64,000 bases of DNA, from NCBI GenBank assembly GCA_977862235.1, contig OZ374564.1, forward strand, positions 2,232,001 through 2,296,000, read 5' to 3'. Each line of letters begins with the position of its first letter. The stretch's first letter is position 1. Positions 1 through 11,813 of this stretch are shown here, piece by piece. The notes beneath the pieces were generated by a model. That model was not told the DNA's origin, ran no database searches, and was given only the letters and a program-made list of their open reading frames with translations. Origin of the DNA: Dudresnaya verticillata (lineage: Eukaryota). The translations under genes were made by a program, and so were the position numbers.

Positions 1-1
1 C

Positions 2-1330
2 CACCCGGGGAAAAATCGTATGTTCTACTCACTTCGTGAAACGTATTACTGGCCTTACATGGCAGCCGATATCGCATCCACGGTTCGTAACTGCAAACAT
101 TGCGCCAGGAATCGAATCCGTCTCCGAAGGAATCTTCATCGCTTGAAGCTCTTCCCCGCTACGCGCCCACTCGAATCGGTCGCGATTGACATCTTAGGCC
201 CGTTGCCACGAACGAAATCCGGACGCAAGTTCATTCTCGTGATTACGGATCGCTTTACGAAGTTGACCCAGGTGGCCACACTACGAGTAATAACCGCGTA
301 TCACGTGGCCGTTGCCTTTTGCGAAGTTTGGATATTCAAGTACGGACCGCCAGACTCGGTGCTCTCGGATAACGGGAAACAGTTTACTTCGAAGTTCTTT
401 CAGGGCGTCTGTCGCTTACTCGGGTTATCGAACGTATTCACTTCCGCGTATCATCCGCAAACGAATGGACAAACCGAACGCTATAACCGCACTATCCTCG
501 CGATGCTTCATAACTACGTGAACGACCACCAAAATGATTGGGACCGCTACGTTTCCGCGTTAACGTATTCATACAATTGCCACGTTCATCGGTCTACGAA
601 GACAACTCCGTTCAATCTCGTTTTATCGCGACCGCCGCCCGAGTTCACCGTGAAACTTCGCTCCCGGAAGCATCGACCAAAACCCACGGAGGACCTTCGC
701 AACGATTTCGTTAAGCGACTCGATTTCGCCATCGGTTCCGCACGTACTTCGTTACAGCGAGTTCAAAAACGTTACAAACGCGACTTCGATAAGCGCATCC
801 GCCACACGAAAAGCCGCGTCAAACCCGGAGACTATGTGTACCTCGATACCCACGATGGGAAAACGAAACTCCCGAAGATGAAATCCCCCGCGGAGGGGCC
901 GTACAAAGTGCTCTTCAACGACACGCGAACACTCGTAATCGATCGCAAGGGCCTCGTTGAACGCGTCTCCGCGGACCGCTGCATCTACGCGCCACCTCCT
1001 ACGAATTCGCGACCGTCGATTACGCGACCCGAAGACATTGCGGAAAAGGTCACCGAAGGCCCCGAATACGTTGTCGATCGCATCCTCGATCACTCGACCG
1101 ACGACGCCGGAAAATTCGTGTTTCGTATCAAGTGGGACGGCTACGCGACGCCTACGTGGGAACCTCGTACGCACGTGCCCGAAGAACTCGTTTCGCGCTA
1201 CTTCGCAAGGCTTCGAAGCCAAGCGGACCCGCGTGATCCCGTGCTACTCGCCCACGAATGGCTCTCCGACTGGGACCCCGAGTGGTTCCGTGGCCCCGAC
1301 TTCGTGCTCCGCAAATCGTCGCACGATTAA
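2..1330 (+). CDS. pol: Pol C-terminus of element A: integrase plus chromodomain (5' partial)
   Basis: HPG...CKHC zinc finger, AIDILGPLP, SDNGKQF, YHPQTNGQTER core, GPY motif, YVVDRILDH...IKWDGYATPTWEP chromodomain. Confidence 0.95.
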   Translation, partial: HPGKNRMFYSLRETYYWPYMAADIASTVRNCKHCARNRIRLRRNLHRLKLFPATRPLESVAIDILGPLPRTKSGRKFILVITDRFTKLTQVATLRVITAYHVAVAFCEVWIFKYGPPDSVLSDNGKQFTSKFFQGVCRLLGLSNVFTSAYHPQTNGQTERYNRTILAMLHNYVNDHQNDWDRYVSALTYSYNCHVHRSTKTTPFNLVLSRPPPEFTVKLRSRKHRPKPTEDLRNDFVKRLDFAIGSARTSLQRVQKRYKRDFDKRIRHTKSRVKPGDYVYLDTHDGKTKLPKMKSPAEGPYKVLFNDTRTLVIDRKGLVERVSADRCIYAPPPTNSRPSITRPEDIAEKVTEGPEYVVDRILDHSTDDAGKFVFRIKWDGYATPTWEPRTHVPEELVSRYFARLRSQADPRDPVLLAHEWLSDWDPEWFRGPDFVLRKSSHD

Positions 1331-2534
1331 CGCTCCCGCTCACCCGGATTGCGCGTCGCACTGTCCTCACCACTCGAAAGGCCCCGGAGCCACACCCCGC
1401 TCTCGCCAGCCACGCACTCACTACGTAGCTGCTCATTTCGATTGCCTCGGAGCATCCGATCGCCCAGTGCCGCTCGGCGCACATCGCAGCCCAACTTCGT
1501 GATCCTCGACTTCGTATTTCACGACGTCGCGCACGACCACAGCCCCGACACACACACATGCCTCGGAGCAGATGGCCGCCACCTCGCACATGACGCTACC
1601 GCAGCTGCGCACTCTCGATGACACGCGACACACGCCAACGCAACCCGCCGCGCCACTCTCGGCCGCGCGCCGCACGACACCGAGGTCCTCGGAGACGACA
1701 CGCCACCGCATCAACGAGACGCGATCACGACGCACTTGCCCTCACGAAGTTGCGCTCCACGCCGTCGGGCGGTGTCGACCACCCCCGCCCCAAACCAGCT
1801 CCCCTCGTGAAATCCGCAAAGGCGCACCGCGCGCACCCGGTTGCACCGCGGCACTCGCATTACAGGTGCTGACACCGCGACGGACGGACGGACACGGTGC
1901 CCGATCCGTAATTTGTCATACGCGCCTGACGTCATACTTCGAGGCCGATGCCACCCGCAACGCGCACTTCGACTTCGCAACCCGCGCCTCACTTGCGACA
2001 CGGAGCTCACTTGTTACGACGCGCCTTCGCAACGACCACGGAGTCCTCGTTTTCGCCAAGCGCAATCCTCTCGCATGGCCTCGGCGCCCCATTACGCATA
2101 CATTCCGCCCGCACCTATGCGCCCCCGAAGCAGCTCGCCCAAGACAGCCCCGGAGCTCACGCGACTTGCCCTTCGCGATCATCGCAACACCCGCACAGCT
2201 CTCCGAGGAGCGCGTATCCGCAACCACCCCCCGAAGCTGGTTGGCGTGGACGCCTTCATCTTGAGGAGGGGGCCGTGCACGTGAAATTCCGAAGTCTCGA
2301 TGACCCCGCCATTCGAGAACCGATGCTGCGATTTCGAATCCGTTTTGTCTCCGTGATTCCCGAGGTCTTCGCGGACTCCGAAGTCCAAGTCAATCGCGAT
2401 TCACAACTCTCGGTTTGTCGCAGTCGGACCATATCGAAATTCTGCGCTTCGTATTGCATCGTTTGCACGCAGGCCACGCCAATTCGTAAATCCGTAACCC
2501 GCGACCGGGACGTTCGCTCTTGAGGAGGGGGCCG

Positions 2535-3378
2535 TGTGGTATAGACGCTATCCGTGAAACGACTCCGTGGTCTACGTGAAAATAATCGAGAAATACGAAT
2601 TTCGAAATGACTCCGTGAATGCGCACGCCACGATGGAAAACGGATTACAGCGAGGCATACGGTGCCTGCGCCACGATGGCATACGCATTACAGCACGCAC
2701 GTGATACGAAATCGCTGACACCTCCGGACGAATCCCGATCCGACTTCGTGATCGCGCGCGCCACGATGGCATTCGCATTACAGTGCGCACCCGATACGAA
2801 ATCGCTGACACCTTCGTGACTTTCCCGTTGTTTCCCGCGCGTAACGGCACCGGGGCCCACGAGACACGCACACCTCCGTATGCATCGCTGGCGCACTCGG
2901 CAACCGCCACCGTACGTGAGGCGACCGTTCGCTGGCACCGAGGCCGTTACGAATCATTCGAGTATGAACCGTCTCCCGAGTTGACGCGCATTCGTGCTCA
3001 CGTAGTATTACTTAGCCAGTCGTCTGGCACAACCTCCGAGGGTTTCCGGCAAGCGACTAGCGCCCGGACCTCGGAGTCTTCGGTAAACGCCTGTTTCTTC
3101 GAGTTCGGTGTCTTCGTCTTCGTGACCGCGGATACGGTCGAGCCTCGCTTTCGATAGCCCCGCGCACCCGGAGTCATCCCCGGTGATCGATCGCTCGAGT
3201 TCTCCCTTCCGCACACGAATACGTTGACACCGTGGTCCTTCGTGTTGGTCGCTCCGCTCTACCACGCTACCAACCCTTTTCGTTTCTTCGTTAGGCTACG
3301 AGGCCATTCGTTAGGCTCCGAGGCCATTCCTTACAGTGCGAGACTTCCCCGCGTCTCCGTGGACTTCGTTATACCACA
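2535..3378 (+). repeat. 3' LTR of element A (844 bp)
   Basis: TGTGGTATA...TATACCACA terminal inverted repeat, preceded by PPT; near-identical to 58425-59268. Confidence 0.93.
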
Positions 3379-6300
3379 GTTGGGTTTGGGGCCAGACTAC
3401 CCAGTAATAACAAGGGTGGTAGTGTGACTGACAGTTCATGAAAATCGTTGCAGCCTCGGTGGTAGCGTGTGTCTATATCACACCGCAACGAGGTGGCGTC
3501 TACACCCGACGGCGAGTTCGGTTCGACCCATTCTCCGATTCGGACTGCAGATCCAGATCCTTGTAGCCCCGCTTGGGAACTGCTGGTAGATCTCGGCTCT
3601 ACAGTTTACGTATGGGTTACATGTGTGAAGATTATATCGCGGGAGGTAGCAGATGTGCCCTGCGTCGCCATAGTGAGGATAACGATAAGTGCACTGATCG
3701 TAAGCAGCGGTTAGGGATTGGGAGGTTGTTTATCGCAGGCATGTATCGACGTTTTGGTCTTTGACACAGCATAGTCTCCAGCAGGGCGTGGCGGCGCTGG
3801 AACGGATACGCGAGAGACGACTACCCGCGCGTGAATGCTATTAAAAAGCTAAGCGGCTATGCATTCCTGAGGACTCCGAAGCAAGTCTTGTTCTTTCCCC
3901 ACCCTCCTCTCCCTGGATTTGCTGTCATCAAGTCTGTTCTTTATAGCTCCTTCAATAGCAGTGTTAGTCTGTTACAGTAGAGTGTTCAAAACAATCGAAG
4001 TCGTTATTGTAGCTGAGATCAAAGCAGTTATCTGGGTATGTCCGATAGCAATAGCATTGCCTGCATCTTTATAGAGCCTGAATGTTTGATCTTCAAAGTA
4101 GGTGTTCAGCATTATAATACAGATCAGGGAGTGAAAATTGAATGTTATGTTAAGCGTGTTTACCTCCACAATGATTGTAGGGTCAGATCTTTCACAATTG
4201 AAAATCTCCTGTAGATAGGGTAATGATCATTGTTCTGGGTTTCACGCTCGTTGCTGGGTGCTCCCCAGACTGCATTGTCATTGCTAGGGACCCATCCTCT
4301 GACAAGTCCCTTAGAAGCACCCCTGCTTTTGCTTTAGCAGTGCAACCCCGGTGCAATAGCCTCTAATTGAGTTAAATTGAGAGTGAGCCCCTAAAGGGGA
4401 ATTAATATGCACTGTTTCTGACATTGCGGTCACTAACCTTACGCCTGCTAACTGAGGCCGCGATGCTCAGAGAAGTGGATGCATTCAGTAAAAAGCCTTC
4501 AAAGTTAATTCACTCTCACTTCAGTGTTTCATAGCGATACGTACAGTAGTTCGCGCTTATATGTTCCATCTGTTCATCTCGATTTGGTCTATCCGTCTTC
4601 ATGTCTCTATCACAATAACCAATTAATAATTAATCCTAGCAGTCCGATATCAGTACCTGAGGTCATACTTGAACAGTACCATAGAACTCATCCTGTACAT
4701 TTTATACGCAAGTAGCTACTGAAAACGGTTTAAAGTGGTCTTGCCTCGGCGCCGAAGGCCCATTGGAAAACACAATACGTATCTAGAACTCGTACTACCG
4801 ATCTGTGCGGCGAGCATGTGCGGCGAGCATCGAATGATGTAGTGCGTTGGAGTCTATTACGGGGGATTTGTTCCATTACTTGGGCTATATATGCATGGGA
4901 GGAATGAGTTAGGTTTGTCTCGGTCGGGGGGCTCAAGGCGGATCGTAGACCGTGGATGAGGGGGGCGGCTGCAGGGTTAGGAGAGGGATAGGGAACGTCC
5001 CTAAGTGTGATCGTATGGCGAGGATTTGAGGACCGGTGCCTTGCAATGGCATGGCAGGTGCAACGCGGGCGATTTGTAAACAGGGTCAGCTGTATACCAG
5101 CACGTATGCGGCGCCAGGCTTCAATATGAGAGAGAGAGAGACCTTTATTAAAGAACAAGAGAGAAGCCCCTTCAATACGAGTGCGGTGAATTTGGAACGG
5201 CGTTTGCATTGACAGCAGAGATACGCACATATCTGCTGCATTAATACTTTATGGTTTGGATCCTCTCCTCACGACGAGGTCCTCCTATCCTTGAAGGATT
5301 CTCTTGCTACACTGCACAATCCTGTGGCTTTTATCAAGCTATTTGTGATTTACAATCGGTCTCTACAGTACCTGGCTTCACTGAAATTTTCTATATGGTT
5401 CTACTATTTCATCGCTGCGCATTTCTCTGCGCACTTGCGCACTACTATGCATTCATTGTATCTTGATGTAATTGTTACAGAGAACCCGTATTTTGTTGTG
5501 ATGTGCCTCTTAGAGCCCCTGCTGATAGTGGGCTAGTTTAGATATGCCTGCGGTTTACGCACAGCAGGTTTACGCAGAACAAATTCCCTATAAGTACCGC
5601 ATGCTGAAGTAAATGAACCGACTCTGGTTAGTGTCGGACAGAAAAACAGACAGCCAGCAACACCATAGTCTCGGCCTACTGAACTCAACCTGCCACGCCT
5701 CGGCCAGTAAGGCGCCCGCTCGTCGGTTTGTGGGTAGAGGATCATACCCGTAGGCCAGCAATTTCCAAGAACTTACCGGCGTTCAGTACTGATGACGCAG
5801 CCCGAGACACTTTCTTAGCGCTGGAACTGGAGAGTTGTCGGAGGTGGTATTCTTGGGCATAGTTTAGCTGCTGACGTTGGTAGAAGGTGCCCAGGATTCT
5901 AAAGAGTGCTCGTAGCATTCTGAGCCTGTTTCCGGTCTTGTAGTGCGGTCGCTATCCGATTGGAATATGGAGAAAGATGGCCTGGACACTGTCTATTCTT
6001 GACTTGAGTTCGGACGTGAGGGGTGTCAGAGCCAGCGCGCACCTGAAAATGGGGCCGAAAAAGTTAATATTGATGGAACTGAAAACCGAGATTGACACAC
6101 GAGACATTTTTGCAGCCATGCCCATCGCACTTGAGTGTGACTTGTGCGAGCATGCGAAGAAATATGGTACCGTTGGAAACCGAACTGATATCTACGGGAG
6201 AAGTGATTTCCTCTTCTGATAATCGTGGCGGGATAGAATCGCTATTGAGGGCTCTGTCACAATACAATTGCAATTGGCTGCTATCGAGAGCAGTTGGACA

Positions 6301-8585
6301 ATATATGTAGAGCAAGCGCTAGATTAGAGTGCATCTTTGTTCTTTTGGTGGTGTTCATAGCAATACCTTTTGCTTTTCATGGCCGTATTCTATCACAGGC
6401 ATGATATAATGTCACAGCTGTTTGAAATTGTATGTACCTTCTGTTCCATCACTTTCTACTTTCTGCAATATCATATCGTAGCATCTCCAGTCATGACTCA
6501 CCTTCAAGTAAGGTTGTCTACAGCACCAAAGATCAAGCATTGGCACATATCTAACCGGTGTCTACAAGTTTGCAAGAAGCTGTGATACGATACTTCGATC
6601 TTGATCCAGCCGTCTATACAATATTGTTTCGAGGCTGACAGAGATACAGCTTAAATTGCGCAAACAGGGCCTATGCAATATGTGATGCATGCGTCCGAAT
6701 CGCTTAGAATATATTTAGAAGGAATCATTTGAATTGTAGGGTGGTGGGTACGGACCTGCTCGTCGCTTTTGTGGATCAAGGAGTGTCGCCCTTTTTGTGG
6801 ACTGTGTCTCCGAAGGTTCGCAGCAATCAAAACGAGGCAGAATAACCGCGACAAGCTTTGCACCACACATGACCCCAACAGATTCCTGTACGCTACTCCG
6901 TGCAGATTCAAAAGGCAAAAGCTTTAATGAAGTTTAACTTGCGGTCTGTGAGAGGGGTAGATGAACACCACCAACAATAGCTGACCAGACACACATCCGC
7001 ATCTGATATGAATATAACAGTGCGTATCTGAGGAATATGGAATCTGGAATCTGTCGTCCAGGCTTGCACTGCAAACGTTTCAGTCACTGTTCGCCATCGT
7101 AACGTGAAACTTAATTTCACTCAATAAAATAACCTCCATACGCGATGCCATTTGGGAACAACGCGGAGATATGCAAAGCGCAGCATTTACGGATTGCTCG
7201 TGAAGGGCTTTTGTGCAATTGCTCTGCGCAATACGTTGTTGGACACCCAGAGAATCATGCCGGTTGATGCACAACAAACTCTCAAATGAGGTTGAATAAT
7301 ACAGTTCATGAGACAACCAATCTAACTGCTTATAACTTTATAAAACACGAGACATTGGGCGTCAAACAGCGGCGGCTTGGGCGAAGGGTCAGAAATGAGA
7401 CGACGACAGACAAACACATTTACAGAGACATTTTGAAGCCTTATGCCTTCCGTTCCTTCAATTTGAAGGGAGGAAGACACGAGGCGGGTGGAGAGCAGGA
7501 GAGCATTTCGGCCCCTGCCCAGGTTCCTTTACTGGCAGCGAAGAAATTGACGAAGGGCTGATGTCCACCAACAAGAAGTACAACAGTAAGTATTAGACTG
7601 AGTCTGCCCAGACTGCGCCAGGATGCGGGAAACGTTTCCTCCCAGCTCTGTAGATTGACCTTGCATGCAGTTATTGTATGTATGCAGGAAGTGAGTATCA
7701 ACTCTGTCATGGAGTAACGCCTCTGATGCAGCGTTACTCTGCTCGCTTTCGAGAGCAAGCACCACGGAGCGGAATCAACTACAGTAGTTCTAGAATAATA
7801 AAAGCACCTTTGCAGGCTCTACGAGAGGAGCGGTATGATTTTTCGAACCTTCCAAAGGTCGCAAGCCCCGAGTAACTTCCGACCATATCGAGTTTTACGG
7901 CCCTTTGTATGTATACTTTGTACAGTACTTTTCTACAACTGGCGCCCGCTCAAGGTTGGCTGTCGATAATAGCCAAAGCATTCCACACATTTTTCTTCCG
8001 TTAAAAGAGTGCCCTGCCAGAAAATGCAAACGTATGGAAACAAGAGCTGCTTGTTCACCATCATCCACATTTGTCCTTGCATAACAAATGTAATACATAA
8101 TAGGGCTAGCCACTTTCAGTCCTTCGATAAATATCTTACGTATGCTTCGTTCACAAGCAGCTCAACGGCATCTCGTTTCTTGAGCCGCAGATGCCAGGAA
8201 ATCTGATTAAGTGCAAGCTCAGCAGCGTTGCAGCGTAGCAGCGTTATTCCAAGTGTATTTGTATTGTCAACTTTTGCTAACATCCATTCAATCACAGTAT
8301 AGAGTCTCTGGAGAGAAGCACTCTCCGATACTCTCCCAGAATATAGTAGATATCACTTCGGAAGAGTTGCTGAGTTCAGTAGTACATAAACATGAGTTTG
8401 CGTCTTACCAACGACAAAGCCAAACACAACCCACACGCAATTATCTCAACACCGGGAAAAGCAGAAACTTCGTACAACACCCGAACAGTCATATAACCTC
8501 CTCAGCCTGTCAGGGAATACCCATCAAAACTTCAATATCTCACTGTGCCCGTACAACAACTCCCATCAACAAGCAAGTCGCAACA

Positions 8586-9173
8586 ATGATAACATTTATT
8601 CTAGCAGTATTCTTGGTTGCAGCGACGCTACCTGCGGATGCAATTCCTATTCCTACCAACAAGCTGGCAGAGCATGGGCAACACCGCGTTCTGGGCCAAA
8701 AGATCCCGGCCTCAAACGACCTCGACACATCCAATCGACTACCGGAATATCCATGTACAGGGTCCGTGGCGGGTATCTGGTACAATGAACTCGGCTCGGA
8801 AATGATGCTGGACGTGGATGCGACAGGAATACTGTCCGGCACGTTCAATTCTGCAGTAGGAGTAGCATCACACGAGTACCAACTTGTGGGCAAGATACAT
8901 CTTGTACCGAACAAATGCAGCCTTTCCATGGGATGGGTTGTGGTGTACACCAACGAGTTTCTCACCGCAAACTCAACGGCTACCTTCTCGGGGCAGTACC
9001 AGCAGGTCAATGGGATCGTAGAGGTTGAGCGGATTGAGGCCCTGTGGGTGCTGACCTCCGAGACAACCTTGAATGATACGTGGGGGTCTCATCGCGTCAA
9101 TCAAGATGTTTTCCATCGTTCCCCGCCAGCGCCGCATCTGGAAGAGGCGGCGGCGCACAAGGAGCGCTCGTAA
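8586..9173 (+). CDS. Secreted avidin/streptavidin-family protein (195 aa), copy 1
   Basis: Signal peptide MITFILAVFLVAATLPADA; avidin motifs GIWYNELGSEM, GTFNSAVG, GWVVVY, STATFSGQY, LWVLTS, DTWGSHRVNQDVF; AATAAA at 9298. Confidence 0.9.
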   Translation: MITFILAVFLVAATLPADAIPIPTNKLAEHGQHRVLGQKIPASNDLDTSNRLPEYPCTGSVAGIWYNELGSEMMLDVDATGILSGTFNSAVGVASHEYQLVGKIHLVPNKCSLSMGWVVVYTNEFLTANSTATFSGQYQQVNGIVEVERIEALWVLTSETTLNDTWGSHRVNQDVFHRSPPAPHLEEAAAHKERS

Positions 9174-9439
9174 CGGTGAGGCTCGGTCGAGACTTGGGCC
9201 CGCAACGTTCCTCTACCGTGCGCTAAAGAATGCTTGAGTAAACATTCCGAGCAGCACAGGAGCGTTTCTGGTGACGTCCCTCAGTGAAGCGGCCTTTAAT
9301 AAAGTGTAATATGAAGCTTGTGTTGCTTTGTTATGCATTTTGGGGTTCTATAGTACGCTTCTGTTTCTGCAGCAAAGGCCTATGAACGAACAGAACATCC
9401 ATCTAGTGATGTCCCCCCCTCCATCTAATTTGATGCACT

Positions 9440-9777
9440 TGTTAGAAAGTAGGATGAATCGTGAATTAATGTTGGCTAAGCTACACTGCTCTGGACGTTG
9501 GACAAGGTAATCGAGCTGGAAATGAATTGACTAATGACATGGCGGACGGCAGATGACATATACGACGCTTTACCGTCGAGCTAGCATTTACTAATTGTAT
9601 TTAGAGCGACCGTTGGATTTGAAACAACGACGTAGATTGGAAGAGCACCAGCGAGTTGAGAGCATAGATAGAGCAGAAGCTGGGAGCTCTAGTAAAAAAC
9701 GCATCTGTGCTGAAGAACGAACAGGCCCCCTAACCAACTCGCGAGAAGCAGTACAACGCAGAAGAACCGGTATTACA
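9440..9777. mobile_element. Probable solo LTR (338 bp)
   Basis: TGTTA...TTACA ends with 4-bp CACT duplication; absent from the paralogous region near 22425, and flanks align when it is removed. Confidence 0.65.
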
Positions 9778-11692
9778 CACTCAATCGTCGACCCCAGCAC
9801 AGCCAGAGCCGAAAGGGATTTGAATAGGGATCGGTCGCTCTTCGATATTTTTGTCACTACTAGACGCAGCTGAGATATTGTGCTACCTCGGCAGCCTTGG
9901 TCAAGGATTCCATTGTCTGGGCAGTTCCGATACCATCAGCAGCAAACGCTCCGCTCCCAGGTCGCCATTTCCCGCTAAGCAATGTGCTGCCGCTTCACAG
10001 TAAATCATTATGACGGTGCCGTGGCGAAGCTTACGGCGACCGCGGCCGGGCAGGAGAATACTCACTTAGGTACAGACCAAGCCATGTTGCTCCCGTCATC
10101 CCTTCGCTCCCAAAAGACAAGACGGCGTCGTGGCGAATTTGCCGACCGGAGATTTAGCAAGCAGTCGGCAGCTAATGTAGCGTTCGTCCGAATAGTGCTC
10201 TTGCAGCTTGCCTGTGTTATGCTGGCTAAATATTGCGGTTGCGGGTGACGAAAGGTATGTCTTGACTTTTGGCTCGCACTTTGCGGCGTATGCCGAAACA
10301 GAGCAAAAAAGGCTACGGTGGTGCGCATTTGCGATATTACTGGCGAGCGCTTCGGCGCTGCCTTCGCCATCCGGTTGGCCGCTGTGTTTCGAGGGTTTCA
10401 GTGCAGTACGGCTCTTTGGGCCTAAGGAACCGCTTTCCTCCCTTACTCTTACGTATAGAAGCACAAATATAGATACCAAGCGGTATGCGGTGGAGCGATC
10501 TCACCCACAGCACTCTTGCCCCGTGGCACCACCGGCTAACCCGACACGTGCCCGCGTTGAGAGATTGGCTGACTCTCAATACAAGCCCGAGCCGGAAGCG
10601 AATTATTGCCCGCTGAGCTTGCGCTAGACGTGCTTATAGGGTAAGCGACTGGGCCTGAATCTATAAGGAGGCGGATGCTCAATCGAGGGGTTTGTTGGTT
10701 CACATTAAACGGGGATTAATGGCGGACCGAAATGTTCAAACTCACCACGTTGGGCGCGTGCTGGGAACAACTTTTGGTTTAACTCTTTCTTTTTTACAAG
10801 AAGGAGACTGCCAACTGCCACTCGTGCCAAGCGCTCGTTGGAGCCCAATATCTCTCGCGGAAGACTACGTAATGCATTTCATTTGCACTAATGAACATAT
10901 ACTATATGTCGGAATGAACCTGGTCGGAGCTTCTCTCGCAAGAGCTTCTGCTCTAGCAAGAGAGCTTCTTAGTGAAAGAGACGGAAAGAGCGGAGGTGTA
11001 ACTAGTTTGTGCTCGTTACGAGGAAAAGTTGTTGCTAAACAACTTGCTGCAGCGTCGAACGGTACAGCCAGGCCCTCCCACGTTCGATGGCCAAGGTCTC
11101 TGAACAGTCTCAGCTCTCCAATAACAAATTAATGGCAATACTTGTAGTCGTTTAGTTGCGACATTCTCTTTCTGAGCTCGTGTCCTTCTGTAAGGAAAGA
11201 GTTTCTCACCGTGGTCCTGTGCTTTCACATGGATCGATAACAGTCCTATAATTGATTATCCCGCGCGGTGTTGACAGAAAAACCATCTTCTGTGCTGAGA
11301 ACAGCATTACGACATGATTAAAGAGCTGCTGTTCCCATTTTTCCAACACCTTCAAATGAATATACTGATGCCTTCCCCTTCAAACTGAAACTGAAGCTTT
11401 CAGAACATGCACCGGCTACCCAATGAGTTTGGTGCTGACCGCAAAGAAACCAATGAAGGTCAGCGTTTGTGTGCCAGACTTTTCTAAACTCTTGTCAGCG
11501 AAGGTCGGCCGTGCGACATGGTGCTTTACCTTTACCTCCTCAAGTCAGATCTGCCTCTCGATGAGCCACGCTGGTCTGTAATAACGCAACAGCCCACATT
11601 TATCCGTGTTGTATGCATTTCTACGCTTCTTCTTTTATAGCAGAACCACTATTCACTCAGAGAGACCATCTCTGCTGAGGAATAGCAAGCGT

Positions 11693-11700
11693 TATATAAA
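11693..11700 (+). promoter_or_regulatory. Putative TATA box (TATATAAA); paralog at 24398-24405
   Basis: About 115 bp upstream of ATG 11814. Confidence 0.4.
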
Positions 11701-11813
11701 GCCTTCATCTCATTGTTAGGCACTCAATTATCAGTACCGCCACTAGTGCCAAGGAAAGCGAAGCTCACTGTTGAGCGTAACCGTACCGACAAATCCTGCC
11801 CCCTCCCCCCAAA

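Larger units (their letters stand above)
1..3378 (+). mobile_element. Ty3/Gypsy chromodomain LTR retrotransposon A, 3' part (integrase, 1.2-kb 3' region, PPT, 3' LTR)
   Basis: Integrase-chromodomain ORF, PPT TTGAGGAGGGGG before the LTR, LTR shared with element D. Confidence 0.93.

Noticed and set aside
3379..3976. Possible LTR fragment into which element A inserted (ends TGTTACA)
   Set aside because: No partner copy, TSD or PBS in the window
5977..8206. Short ORFs that might be a decayed gene or transposase
   Set aside because: No recognisable motifs or consistent frame
8211..8585. N-terminal extension of the avidin ORF
   Set aside because: Starts at GTG, is not conserved in copy 2, and the signal peptide begins at ATG 8586
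10692..11132. 146-aa ORF repeated at 23397-23837
   Set aside because: Non-ATG start, identical only because of recent duplication, not preserved in copy 3
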